NCBI RefSeq assembly: GCF_001194135.2
Contig: NC_068986.1
Location: 59,710,384 to 59,774,383, forward strand
DNA: 64,000 bases
Direction of reading: 5' to 3'
Source of the DNA: Octopus bimaculoides
Taxonomy: Eukaryota
The notes below the pieces were generated by a model. That model was not told the DNA's origin and did no database searches. It worked only from the letters and a program-made list of their open reading frames with translations. Shown here in pieces: positions 39,720-52,745 of the stretch (positions are counted from its first letter, which is position 1; each line of letters begins with the position of its first letter). The translations under genes were made by a program, and so were the position numbers.

Positions 39720-40930
39720 CATATCACCAGTCATCCTTGTCCTTTGTCATCTACTCCATGATGCTCAAGGTCCTATGATCAGCCTTTACCACTTTGTCCT
39801 ATGTCTTCCTGGCTCTCCCTCTTCCACAAGCTCCATCTACATTTAGTGAGTGGCACTTTAGACAGCTGTTCACATCCCTATGCATTATATGTCCATACCA
39901 GCAAAGCCTTCTATCATGCACACAACATTTGATTCCTCTAATGACCAGTTTTGTTCCAGTACATTTGTACTTCACTGTTCATGCACACTTACATCCATTG
40001 AAGCATGCTTGTTTCATTTCTTTCTAGTCTTCTCAAGCCCTCTGCATTCAAGGTCTATGTCTCACTACCATGCAACATCACAATTCTAACAAAAGCATCA
40101 CACAATCTTCTTTCTGAGGGAAAGGACCTTTGTTCCAGCAGTGGTAAAAGCATCTCAAACTTTTTTCAAACAGTTCTTAAACTAGCTACTATATGTTCAG
40201 ATCAACCATCTCCCTTGCTAATTACATCTCCTAGTAACAAAAGCTAGTGACCAACCAGGCATTTAAAAGGATCTATTTCAGGTATGCTCATAGTAGTGCT
40301 CCAGTGTGTCAATCCCATTTGAAGCTTATTTTCTCTGTTAGTCTGCCTATGATTTCACTACACCTCTTGTGAATCCATAGCTTACATTACAGTGAATGAA
40401 GTTTATACCATCTCCTTTTGTATATGTTAAGCAAGGCCATTTCTAGGAAGATCTGGGGTCTTTTTTTTTCCTACTTACTGAAACCTTACTGAAACTATGA
40501 GGCATCTTGATTCTAAATTTAGCTTTCATGCCTGGAATTTCCTCAGAACTAGGTCACCAGCATATAAGATTTCCCACAGACAGCTAGTTTTAAATTTATC
40601 TGGATGCCCTATAGGTCTATGATGAATAGGAGAGGACTGAAAACTAAACTCTGATGGGCTCCTACCCTCACATCATATTCTTCATTGAAATTGTTATTGA
40701 CTCTACTTACTGCATCTTTGTACATAGCTTGTACAGCCCTCACAAGCCATTCAGCTACACCTAGTTTCCTTAGTGACCACCATATTATAAAATGTGGTAC
40801 TCTGTCAAATGCCTTCTCCATGTCAACAAATAACAGAAATAATGGCTTATCCTTTGCAAAGTATTTCTCCTGCAGTTGACTCAAAAGGAAGAGTGCATCC
40901 ATGGTACCTCTTTCAGGCACAAAGCCAACC
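39720..40930 (-). mobile_element. Decayed RTE-clade LINE RT fragments
   Basis: 40609-40920 reads GTMDALFLL..LQEKY...FVDMEKAFDRVP...SPLLFII. 39720-40260 reads LLGDVI...VMLHGSET...ERNETSM. Confidence 0.85.
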
Positions 40931-43900
40931 CCACATCACATCCCCTAACACTCATCACTTTTCTATCTACGGTACTACTTGGCTGCTATAGTCACCTGAT
41001 AGAAGAATAAGCACATTACATTCCCCTCCATAGAATCGCTTCCATTTCTTATTAACATCTTTGCCTACATTATTTCCACCAATCACCTCTTTTTCTGCCT
41101 TCAGTCATTGTCCTTTCCTCCCTTTGTTATACTCCATTCTTAACACCTCTCCTACCTGCTATCATTCAGAATGCCCTCTCACATCCACCATCAGACTTTA
41201 CCTACCATAGCCCATTGAGCCATTCACCATTACTTATTACTTGCACCTTTACCTCCATCTTTCCCCCTCTATCTTCTCCCTGTGATCCACTGTGTATTGA
41301 TACACTCCTGCATCCATCACCATTTCTGTCTTCTTTCCAGCTTTTCAATTACTTAGCTTCATATCTCTATAACAAGCCACCTAGTATTGTTCTTCTATCA
41401 CACTCTAGCCTCTCAACACCTGGCATAGAACCACCACCCCATCCACATCTCAAATACTAACCCCTGCCATATAGTCATGGTGGTTAACCCCCACCATTTT
41501 TCTCCTCCTTCCCATTTCTTTCCTTTCTTAATTTGCAAAACACTTGACAACTTTGCTAGCTGTAGTGGAACAAAAATAGCTCCAAGGACACTCTGTAAAG
41601 TGGTTGGTGTTAGGAAGGGCACCTAGCTGTAGAAACCACGCCAAAGCTGACATTGGGACTCAACATGTCCTTGTAACATGTCAGATCTTGTCAAACCATC
41701 CAACCCATGTTAGCATGGAAAATGGACGGCAAATGACTTTTTTGCTTTTCTCATCATAAACTTTCCCCTTCACTCTCTCTCTCTCTTTTTACTCTTTTAC
41801 TTGTTTCAGTCATTTGACTGTGGCCATGCTGGAGCACCGCCTTTAGTCGAAGAAACGACCCCAGGACTTATTCTTTGTTAGCCTATATATATATTTTCCA
41901 CATTCTCGCTTACTCTTTCTCTCTCTCTCTCCCCCTCTCTCCTTCTCTCTCTCTCTCTCTCTCTCTGTATATCTCTCAAGCATGTTGCTCCCTCCTCTTT
42001 CTCTATCTCTCTTTCTCTCTTGATATGACATGTAATGCAAGTCAGTCACAGAAGACAGGCATGTCTGTCTATGTGCCTCTCTCTCTCTGTCTTTTATGCT
42101 ATTCTCATTGTAAACTTTTCCCCTCTCTATATATATTTACCCAACTCCTTCTCTTTTTCTGTACGTTATCTCTCATGTTGAGTGTGTGCATGTTTGTATA
42201 TATGTGTGTATGCATGCATGTAAGGAATTTCATTGGGGTGACAGAGTTGAAAGACCCTCACAAAGCATCAAAAATGAGCCCAGGAGACAGCTGAACAAAG
42301 AAGGAATAGACTTGATGATATGTGAACAAGAGCCTTTGTTGCACATTCTCAGGAGACACCTAAGCTTAGAATGCATCAATTAGATGATAAGTATACAAGA
42401 GCCTCCATTGCATGGATTCAGAAGATAATATCCCATTTCAATTCAGTCAACTTCAATTTCTGAGGAGTCTTAACTTTGCCATGACCATCAACAAATCACA
42501 AGGGCAAACATTTTTGGTTGCTGGTTTACACGGTGGTAATAATTACTGTCATTATTACTACTCACAGTTATATCCATTATCTCACCAGTTAGTAAAAAAT
42601 GAGGCTTTGGAATGATATTTAAACATGATTAACTCCTGATCAGCAAGGTTTATGACTAAAGCAACTAATGACGGATATTATCCCTTTGTTCTTAGAAGAG
42701 TAAAGCTTATTTATGGCCACTCACTTCCAGTCTTCTATATTCAACAATCTCACCAGTTTGATAACCAGAATTACTACAATTTATTCTTCTAATAGACAAA
42801 GCACTACATCTAGAACATTTCAATGTCAATCCAGCTTTACCTACTTCTGGAAAATGGTAGAAACATTGATGTTTTACATTCACTCAATCACTCAATGTGG
42901 AAGAAGAAGATAAGTTCCAGCTGCTTACCAATCACTGGCCCTGACATATTCAAGTAAACTGTAGACTGCAACACATACAACAGAACTCTCAACATTCTCA
43001 TCTTGTATGTGAAACCAAAGAATGTGGTGTATGTGCATCACCTATTGTACACTTGCAAGCAGGAATATGGCCAAAATTTGGATCAATACCTCCAGAAACA
43101 CGAATTACTGGTGGAAGACTGTGGTTACAAAACTGCTTCGGCTGCAGAACATCACAATGAAGCTATAAGAGATGCCTTTACCAGTGGCATGCATTCCAGT
43201 AACATACACCACTGGTTATTTGAAGAGGATAACTTAGACCTTGATCAGGCCTTCATCCAAGCATGGTCATTCTGAAACCTCAAGTCAGAGCTTGAAGGTG
43301 CTGCTTTGCTCACCATTGATCATCAAATACCCTTGATTACGGAGACAGATGCTTCAGATACTACTATTGCCACCACCTTGAACTAGAATGGGCGATTCAT
43401 AGCCTTCTTTTCCAGAATGCTTAATCACAATGAATGGAACCATTCCTCAGTTGAAAAAGAAGCCTATGCCATCATTGAAGCTCTTCATAGAAGGAAGCAT
43501 TACCTTATCAGAGTTCATTTTCAGTTGGTGACCGACCAATGGTCCATGGCTTTCATGTTCAATAACGAGCACAAAGGTAAAGTCAAGAACAAGATACTAC
43601 AATGGAAGATTGAGCTATCTTGCTTCAAATACAATGTTATTTATCGATCAGGTAAGGAGAACAAGGCTGCAGATGCTTTTTCTTGGGGTTATTGTGTATC
43701 TTCTACCCCTTTGGACCTCACACAGCTCCACAATTCCTTATATTATCCAGGCATGACATAATTGCTCCATTTCATGCAGTTAAAGAATCTACCACTTTCT
43801 GTGCATGATGTAAAATCTGTGATATTTCAATGTCCCACAAGCACCGAACTGAAGCCTAAATGTTTTGAGCTGAGACCCAAACTTGTGAAGGCTACTCAGC

Positions 43901-44050
43901 TGTTTGAGAGATTAAATGTAGACTTCAAGAGTTCACTCCCATCCACTAATTACAACAAATACCTACTCTCAATTATTGATGAATTTTCTTGCTTTCCGTT
44001 TGTGTTCACATGTGCAGATATATCAGCCGCTACTGTCATTTATTGTTTCT

Positions 44051-44160
44051 TATTTCGTTATTGCCCACAAGGGGCTGCACACAGAGGGGACAAACAAGGA
44101 CAGACAAACGGATTAAGTCGATTATATCGGCCCCAGTGCGTAACTGGTACTGGTTACTGG
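44051..44160 (-). mobile_element. 5'-truncated SINE fragment inserted in the Gypsy integrase
   Basis: Flanked by a 20 bp TSD tactgtcatttattgtttct (44031-44050, 44161-44180). The sequence matches the SINE 3' half. Confidence 0.88.
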
Positions 44161-45087
44161 TACTGTCATTTATTGTTTCTGCCAACTATTTTCGATTTTT
44201 GGACTCCTTCCTTTCATCCATCCTGATGATGACATTGCCTTCATGCCAGCTGAATTGAGACAATTCCTCTATGGTAAAGGCATAGCGACCAGTAGGACAA
44301 CCCCATACAATCCAGTGGGGAATGGTCAGGTCAAAAGGCTCAATTCAACCTAATGAAAAACCATTACTTTGGTGTTGAAGTTTAAGGGATTGAGTGGGAG
44401 CACATACTCCTTGATGCTCTGCATTCTATTCACTCCCTCCTCTGTACATCCACTAACACCACACCTCATGAGAGGTTGTTCAGTTTTCACCGCCACTCAA
44501 CTTCTGGGACCTCACTAGTGAAGGATGGATCTGTGCTCCTGAGGAAACAACTGCAGTTTTCAAAATACAACCCAGCAGTAGAAGAGGCTGAGTTACTCAA
44601 ATGCAATCCACAGTACACGCATGTACACTTATCAAGTGGTAAGGACAAAATCGTTTTGTCGAAATATCTGGCTCTGGTGGCGGCGGGGAGATGTATAACT
44701 GTCCAATACACCAACCAAGCTTGATACCTCATCGTGCAATCAGGATCCTGTGGATGATTTCAAAGTGGAAACACCATAAGTTGAGACCAGAACCAGTGTT
44801 ATTGATCCTGAAGAAGAAAACCACAGCACAAACCCTGATAATCTTCAGCAATTGAAAGCTGGTCAACAGCATCTACACTCAGACAACTTGAGAAACAGGA
44901 AGGTGTGAACTCTCCGAAATACTGTAATTCCCCCTATTACTCCCTCCATTCCCTGGATACATACATTCACTACTCACACACATATATATTTTGATGACTA
45001 AGAACTTTATGAACTCACCGTGTAGTACTCAGATTCTTCAACGAGAAGAATATGGTAATAGATGCTGTAATTATTACTACTCACAGT

Positions 45088-45304
45088 AAGGCAGCAAGCT
45101 GGCAGAATCGTTAGCACACTAGGTGAAATGAGTAGCAGTATTTTGTCTGCTGCTATGTTCTGAGTTCAAATTCCGCTGAGGTTGACTTTGCTTTTCATCC
45201 TTTTGGGGGTCAATAAATGAAATTCCAGTAAAACACTGGGATTGATGTAATTGACTTATTCCCTCCCACCAAAAATGGCTGCCCTCGTGACAAAATTTGA
45301 AACC
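45088..45304 (+). mobile_element. Near full-length tRNA-derived SINE inserted in the Gypsy 3' LTR
   Basis: Flanked by an 18 bp TSD attattactactcacagt (45070-45087, 45305-45322). Confidence 0.9.
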
Positions 45305-46539
45305 ATTATTACTACTCACAGTTATTTCCATCATCTCACCAGCCAGTTGAAAACAAAGCTTTGGAACGATACTTAAACATGATATTTAAACATGGCCTAT
45401 TTATGGCAAATCACTTCCAGTCTTCTGTATTCAACAATTTCACCAGTTTGATAACCAGAATTACTACATACGACTAGAAGAGCCTTACTTCACTCATGGT
45501 CAGCTTTAGATTGGATGTTTGAGGGTAGGAAGTAAGAAAAATCTTTACATCTGTGCATCAAATGGAAAAACACAACACTGTTTTTTACTGAAACATTATA
45601 AATTGCCTCAAATAATGAAGAAATCCACCCTGACCAAGGACCTATTTGTCGGGGAAGACATGGTCTGACATAGAATAAAAAAAATTTGAAATTAAAGTAT
45701 TCTATTGTGAAAATCATCCAGCAATGATGGGTTACTCAGCTAGTATTAAACATTAGTTACAAATTTTGGCACAAGGCCAGCAATTTTGGGAGAGGGAGTA
45801 AGTCACATCGACTCCAGTTCTCTACTGGTACTTAATTTATCAAACCTGAAAGGATGAAAGGTGAAATCAACTTTGACAGAATTTGAACTCAGAATGTAAG
45901 GATGTATGAAATACTGCTAAGCATTTTGTCTGGCCTGCTAATGATTCTGCCAGCTAACTGTCTTAGCTAGAATTAAATATTTTTAATATTTATTGAAATT
46001 TGTGAATATTATTGTTGGAAGTGAAAAATATTGTAATGTCATCTTTGTTTGACACTGTAATGAATCCTTTCTAATGCACACAGTAAAAGACAACAGGCAT
46101 CTGCACTAAAATGGTTTCTGCAATTCAATTTGTAGCTTGAAAAGATGAAATGTAATTGATGCTTTACACATCAGTATGAAATGTCCAGATTTGAGAGTGA
46201 AAGAAGGTATTTTTAGAACAAACTACTTTGAAATACAACACAACCGAAAAATTGTCTAATAAGGTTTTCAAGACTTAATAGAAAAAATAAAAACAAAAAT
46301 ACTTTCTTTTATTTGCCACAGGGGTGTCAAATGAGGGGTAAATTATAAAGGCAGGTTACCATTTGTGTGTATAGGTTTACATAAAATTATAGAACAGGAA
46401 ACTCGCTCACACTACAGAAAGTATGTCTCCTTGCTACAGCTAGAATCTTAAGGTGCATGTTGAATATCTGAAGACATAAACAGTGGCTTGCAGTTCAGAG
46501 AACAGAACTGGGAGAGCTACTAATAATCTGTGTGAACAA

Positions 46540-46566
46540 ATAATAATAATAATAATAATAATAATA

Positions 46567-46628
<62 letters not shown>
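46540..46628. repeat. Orientation-flipping microsatellite (TAA)n followed by (TTA)n
   Basis: Directly visible and self-complementary. Confidence 0.9.
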
Positions 46629-46629
<1 letters not shown>

Positions 46630-47850
46630 ATTATTCCTTTGTAACACAGTGTAGGTAAACTGCACCGGAGTCTTTAGTCATCTGTCAAGTCACAACAAGG
46701 CCCTCAGACAGATAATGCTTTCTTTTAAGATGTGCACTGTGCCCAATAAAGCTACTTTTTGCAAGACATCAGTCTTGCATGGGATTTCCAGTTGCCATAA
46801 GAAGTTTTGAAGTTTCGATGGGATTGAGCCCAGCGCTCCAATCACCACCGGTATCACTTTTACATTACCCTCTCCCATTCTATATAGTCTTGCCATTTCC
46901 ACTTTCAGTTTGGAGTACTTGGTGATTTTTTCAACCTTTTTACTCAACATTCATGTCATTTGGTATGGCTACATCAATGATCTGACAGTATTTGTCTCTC
47001 TTATTCGGTATGACAATAACTGGATGACAGTGTTCGATTACACTATCTGTTTGAAAATCATAATCCCAGAGTATCGTTACTTTTCCATCCTCCTCCATAA
47101 CTTTACTTGGTACATGCTCATACCACTTCTCTGTTACTTCATATTGGTATTTACAGCATAAGAGCCAATGAAGATACACACACATTTTATCATGACGGTG
47201 CTTGTATTCTTTTTTGTGCACATCCACTTACCAAGTGGGTCACATTTTCCATACTCTTTCCACAGAATCTGCATTTCTGGATGTCAGAAGTTTTATAGAT
47301 GTTATACTTCACAGAATTGGTAGCGAGAGCCTGTTCTTGTGCAGCAATGATCAGGCTTTTGGTGATCCGCTTCAAATTACTTTGCTCAAGCCATGCCCAC
47401 AATGCTGTATTATCCTTAACATCTTGTGTATTCCTTTCAAACTGTCTATGGATTCTCATTTCAAGAAGGTCTTCTTTTTGCTTCTCCTCGGCTCTTTGGT
47501 TACACTCTTCCTTGTTCATCATTTCATCTGCATTTACACCCATATTTTCATGGCATATTGCTGCAGGTCTTCATCACTATTTATCAAATACTTGGCAAGC
47601 ATTCTCCTTTCACTCCTTATACAATGGTCTATGCTAATTAGTCCTCTACCACCATTCTTTCTTTTCATACACAGTCTATTTATATTTGCTTTAGGGTGTA
47701 GTGCTCCATGCAGTATCATCAATTTTCTTGTCCTTCTATCCAGTGTTGATATTTCCTCCTTCGTCCATTTAAGGATGGATGCACTATATCTGATCACCAC
47801 AACTGCCCAGATATTCATCGCAGCAAGCAAACTTCATGGAAAATATTAAA
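46630..47850 (-). mobile_element. R4/Dong-clade non-LTR retrotransposon (RLE type), 5'-truncated, ending at (TAA)n
   Basis: Late RT LHPKA..NRL...R..GGRGL, CCHC finger CRFCGKSMENVTHLVSGC, RHD motif and RLE motifs ILWD...IIDVAIP...KITKY..L and VVIGALG. The 3' end abuts an AAT array. Confidence 0.92.
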
Positions 47851-48859
47851 AATGTACGCATCTATAAATTGTGTGCTGGTGCCATGAGAAATGTTTGTAT
47901 ATTGTGACACTTACAGAATACAGAAAGAAGTGTAAAACCAATAACAAAAAAATCCGAACAAAATATCTCAGTTATGCAAATGTAAACAGAATTACTATTT
48001 AGCCTTAAAATACATCATGCATATTCAAAGAACCTTCTTGGTTTAGTGGTACGGAACATTCTTCTGATATTTTATTCTTTTACTTGATTCAATTATTTGA
48101 CTGTGGCCATGCCAGAGCATCACCCTTTAGTCAAAGAAATTGACCCCTGGACTTATTCCCTGTAAGCCTGGTGCTTATTCTATCAGTCTCTTCTGCTGAA
48201 CATCTAAGTTACGGTGATGCAAACACACCAACATCGGTTGTCAAGTGATGGTGGTGGGAGGACAAACAGACACAAACACACACACACATAAATACACACA
48301 CACATAAATACACACACATGATGGGCTTCTTTCAGTTTCTGTCTATGAAATCCACTCACAAGGCTTTGGTCAGCCCAAGGTGAAGGTAGAAAACACTACT
48401 TAAAGTATAGAGTTGAATTTTGTGTAGCCACTTGTTGGCAACTTTTTCTGAACTCTTTTCACAGCTATACCCCATTCGAAATTTACATTAGTTTTTGTAT
48501 GGAAAAAGAAGGAGTGGGGCGGGTCTTGTTTGTAGAGGAAATGTTAAACATGCCAAAAAGAGAACATGGTCTCCCCCCACCACCACCACAACTAAAAGAC
48601 ATGAAGAACTATGAAAGAAGGTGAATAAGTACTGTAGGTGGGGGAAAGAAGAGAGAACTAACAGCTGATCATTCTAGAACTCCCAGAATGAAAATATAAA
48701 CATCTGAAAGACTTTCCCTCTATTCATTACTAAATGTCTTTCCCTCTTCTTCATTGTTAAAAGTAAAGAAGCTAGGAAAGGTCAATTGTACTTCAGTCTA
48801 ATTGTCATTTTAAATGACTGAGGCTTTCTTTTCCCTGTCTCTATCCCTTAGAGAGTGAA

Positions 48860-49660
48860 GGTATGTGGTTCAGTGGTCAGGGATATTTGGCCCATGACCG
48901 TAAAGTCATGAGAACGATTCCTGGCAGTGCACAGTGTTCTTGAGCAAGGTACTGTACTTCACCTTGCTGCAGTCCACTCAGTTGGCAAAAATGAGTTGTA
49001 GCCCTAATTCAAAGGGGCCAACCTTGTCACATTCTGTGTGAGGCTGACTCTTCTTGAGAACTACGTTATGGTATGCATGTCTGTGGTGTACTCAGCCACT
49101 TGCATGTAAATTTTATTAGCAGACTGTTCCATTGATCAGATAAACAGGAACCTCATTGTTGTAAGCGACGGAGTGTAATTTTTTAAAAAGAGTGAAAGAA
49201 AAGGAAATGTTTCACATCGTAAGGCAAAAATGTCATGTGTTTAGTATAAGCAGTGAAAGTTAAGACAAAATAATTGCTATTCTGTCGTATAGTGACTTCA
49301 CCCTGGACTCATGCTCAGTTTGATAACAACAACCAGCACATCGGTGTTTATGTGGGGGCTTGGCCTCCAGATCTGTGAGACCCACAAATGCTGCTGTTAG
49401 GACCAGATTAACACCCATAGTGACCCTAACAACTAAAAAGATTTTCCTACCCCTATATAGGATCTTTTTTCATTTTCTTCTAACCACTTGAAGGTGTATC
49501 TTGCTGCAGTCCACTCAGCTGGCCAAAATGAGTTGTAGATGTAATTGAAAGGGGCCAACCTTGTCATATTTTGTGTGAGGCTGAATCTCCCTGAGAACTA
49601 CATAACGGTATGCATGTCTGTGGAGTACTCAGCCACTTGCAAGTTGATTTTTATTCTCAT
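48860..49660 (+). mobile_element. Two related copies of a tRNA-headed SINE-like family
   Basis: A tRNA-like head tggttcagtggtcag is present. The cttgctgcagtccactcag...ctcagccacttgca block occurs at ~48963-49105 and ~49500-49640, with a related copy at ~28900-29090. Confidence 0.6.
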
Positions 49661-50802
49661 GTGGTAATGAAAGGTGAAAGTGAGATCCAATATTTGCAAT
49701 AGTTATTTGTCATTGATTTAACAATGTGTCAATGTATCTATGTATCAACTTTTCTTTCGATCTATATATCGACTGTCTCTCTCACTTTCTCTCTTTCTCT
49801 TACTTTTTTCTCTTCCTCTCTCTCTTCCTCTGTGTCCCTATTCACTCCCACTTTTAATTTAACAATGTGTGTATGTTTCTATGTATCTACTTTTCTTTCA
49901 ATGAATGCATGTCTACTCTGAAAATACTGATAAGCATTTTACCTCTCCCTTCAACTGTAGAAAGTAACAGTAACATCTACAGCTATTTGCTGAGGGACAG
50001 ACAGACAGACAGAGGGAGAGAGAGTGTGTGCTAGAGAGAGAGGCAGACAGACAGAATTACTGTCAAACAGATAGCCAGAGAAATAGCCAACATTTCTTTT
50101 TGCAATTATCATATATCGGCTTTATCATATATCATAGAAAACGAAAAGTTTTCCAGTGTTTTCTGTATGAAAATGATTCCATTCTCTCTCACTATTATTC
50201 TCTTTCCACACCTTCCTTCACTCAATCTATTTCTCTAAATCTCTCTTTCCACCTCTCTCCCTCCTTTATGTCTCCTTGCCTCTAACTGTCCTTCTGCATT
50301 TAACATGTTATATTTCTCTTATGTCTCAGTGCTATCAATCTCTCCTCTCTGTCTCTTTCTCTCTCACTCCCTTTTACTTCCTCCTCTTTGATACTTTATC
50401 TCTCACTTCAACTATACTTCCTCTGCTTCAGTTCCTCCTCTCTCTGCTTAACACCTTTTATTTCTCTTTTTCTTTATACCTCTCTCTTCAACCTTTTTAC
50501 CTCTTCCTTTGAAGTGTGACACACACAACAGGTATGTACAAAAACAAAAAAAAAAACTAAGCATATTAATATTATTGAAGTTTGATGTAACTCTTCATGA
50601 AGGTAAATAAGCAATAAGAACAGTGCAATACAATTTGTAATAAAGAGAGGTTGACTCTGTTTATTGAACTGAATAATATTTTGACAGTATGTCTTTCTTC
50701 CTTGGGTTCAAAGTGAAAAAAGAAAGATATACAGAAATTCAAAATATGAACAAGAATATTCTGCATTTCTTTTTAGACAAAACAATGTTATCAACAGAAC
50801 AC

Positions 50803-51075
50803 TTAGTCAAAAAGTTTTGTGTAAATGTGGTGGTATTCGTCTGTCATTTTGTTCATTTTTAAAGGGAGTGATGTTAATTCACAAATATATTTATCCTCAT
50901 GTGTTTTGAGGAAAGAGAGTGCAGTGGAGTCAGAATATTTTCTGAAAATGACTACTTTTGAGTGTTCCTCAAATCTGCAGCTGTTTGATGTAAAATGTTT
51001 AGTAAGTTTTGTTGAGCTACTGATGTCATGCCCATATCCATTGAATCTTTTATTCAATTTAATACTAATCCTTTC
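50803..51075 (-). pseudogene. Penelope-like element GIY-YIG endonuclease C-terminal remnant
   Basis: SIKLNKRFNGYGHDI...KHFTSNSC...EDKYICEL.SLPLKMN resembles the PLE 'L..R.N.H..DI...HF...E..I..L.T..P.G.N' pattern. Confidence 0.7.
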
Positions 51076-51279
51076 TACTAAAGGCACAATTTGGCAGGAA
51101 GGGAGTTATTGATTGCATCGACCCCAATGTTTCACTGGTACTTAATTTATTGACCCCAAAATGAGTACTTGATGGTTTATTGAAATTATGTGGATATCTA
51201 AGGTTTCCCTTACCCACATAAATTGTACCAGGAATAAGACCAATCCTGAGTCAAGTCAAATAATAATAAGAAGAATAAT

Positions 51280-51953
51280 GAAGAAAAATACAAGTAATTG
51301 CAGAATATGTGGTGATCGAGAAGAAAATATAAAGCATATTATTTCTGGTTTCCCAGTCCTGGCTAAGAAGGAATATATTCACAGACATGACAGAGTTGGA
51401 ATCTATATACACTGGAAGCTATACCAACGCCAAGGAATAACAACAGAAAAAAGATTGTATAGGTACATGCCAGAAAAGGTCACAAAAAATGAGAAGGCAA
51501 CTATTCTCTGGGATATGCCAATATGCACAGATAGAGGAATCAAAATTAATAAGCTGGATATAGCTGCCAGAGATCATCAAGGAAAAAAATGTTTACTAAT
51601 CGATGTATCAATACTAAAAGATGACAACATTTTTCTAAAAGAAATGGAGAAACTTTCAAAATACAAAGATTTGGAAATAGAAGTAACTTGAGTGTGGAGC
51701 CAAAAACAGAAACAATTCCCATTATAGTAAGTGTATTAGGTATGATGAAAAAGTATTCAGACAAAAACTCCAGAACTTACAAGTATATATAGCATACAAA
51801 AAATAGTACTACTAGACACCGCACACATCCTACATAAAACACTTTCAATACAGTGAAAATAAGAGTGCCACAACAAACCACAGCACATACCCATGGCACA
51901 CAGAGCTGCGCTCAGTAGTTCAGTGAAAGCATGTGATAAAAATAAGACTACTA

Positions 51954-51955
<2 letters not shown>
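51280..51955 (+). mobile_element. Second R4/Dong-clade element, 5'-truncated, between TAA repeats
   Basis: CRICGDREENIKHIISG, YIHRHDRVG, ILWDMPI, LIDVSI and EKLSKYKDLEIE are present. A short taataataa lies upstream and (TAA)n at ~51955-52005 follows the 3' UTR. Confidence 0.92.
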
Positions 51956-52006
<51 letters not shown>

Positions 52007-52445
52007 GGGACCTTTTGAGCGGGATGGGCTACTTGACCTGAAGAAAATTCTAACTGGGCCACACCTACGAGGTCATGCGCTGTTTATCTTGATATGAGAT
52101 CACCATGTCGCACACATATGGTTGTGATGCATGTGCCTGGTGTACCCTTATCAGACGAGTATTCATGATGGGTATAATGGGCTTCGTATATTTTATCCCA
52201 GTGTCACTCTGATGGCATGCACTGCTCTCTCACTCAATAATCTTATACTATAATAAGAGCCGTGTCCATCTGTCTGTCTGAAGCCATCAGTAATTAGATA
52301 GAGGAAAAATAGAGTTAGAGAGAGAGAGGGAGGTAGAGAAGTAGAGCTGAGAAGGGGAGGGAGAGAAAGAAAGAGAGACAGAGAGAGAGAACATAGGTGT
52401 GTGTAAAAGGAATGTCTGTCTGAAGCCATCAGTAATTAAGATAGA

Positions 52446-52745
52446 GCCGTGATTCCCAACATGGGACATGGTAATATTTTGGTGAGGCATGCATAGGGTT
52501 ATGTTGAATTTATACCTTTTGTACACAATGTTTAGTATACCAAAAGAGAAAGGGGGCAATTCGAGAATGAGTTATTAAAAGAAAAATTCTTTATATCCTT
52601 TCTGTGGACAATTTTATCAAATTTTGGACACTTTAGAGATAACAGGTCGTTTTCATCATATTCATAAGATCTGATGTCACTAAAGAGGGAATAGATTATT
52701 TCTTTTGATTCAGTGGTATGTGAAAACATGTAGGTAATTACAAAC
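52446..52745 (-). mobile_element. hAT (Charlie-like) transposon 3' remnant
   Basis: Terminal ccgtgattcccaacatggg resembles the Charlie TIR cagtggttcccaa. Decayed C-terminus reads ...ENDL..LKCPKFDKIV. Confidence 0.45.

Larger units (their letters stand above)
42534..45468 (+). mobile_element. Ty3/Gypsy LTR retrotransposon, internally deleted (gag, RNase H, integrase; no protease/RT)
   Basis: LTRs 42534-42778 and 45053-45468 (TGGTAATA...ATTACTACA). Gag remnant starts immediately after the 5' LTR. RNase H motifs ETDASD, FFSRML and SSVEKEAYAIIEAL are present, with integrase motifs FERLNVDFK and TPYNPVGNGQV. Confidence 0.92.
42412..45743 (+). pseudogene. Helitron Pif1-like helicase C-terminal remnant and 3' end, interrupted by a Gypsy element
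   Basis: Left piece IPFQFSQLQF...FAMTINKSQGQTFLVAGL (42412-42533) resumes as RLEEPYFTHGQL*IGCLRVGSKKNLYI (45469-45600). A decayed hairpin plus CTAG|T lies at 45740-45744. Confidence 0.85.

Noticed and set aside
47202-47849. 215 aa plus-strand ORF
   Set aside because: Antisense shadow of the Dong element. The same applies to 12497-13514 (Gypsy) and 31077-31885 (RTE).
48035-48060. tRNA-like A-box sequences here and at ~48863
   Set aside because: They are SINE heads or relics with no full cloverleaf. No tRNA gene is called.
50568-50605. Possible hammerhead relic downstream of the GIY-YIG remnant (cttcatgaagagtt...aacttcaata)
   Set aside because: The position fits a pLTR, but both CUGANGA and GAAA boxes are too degenerate to call.
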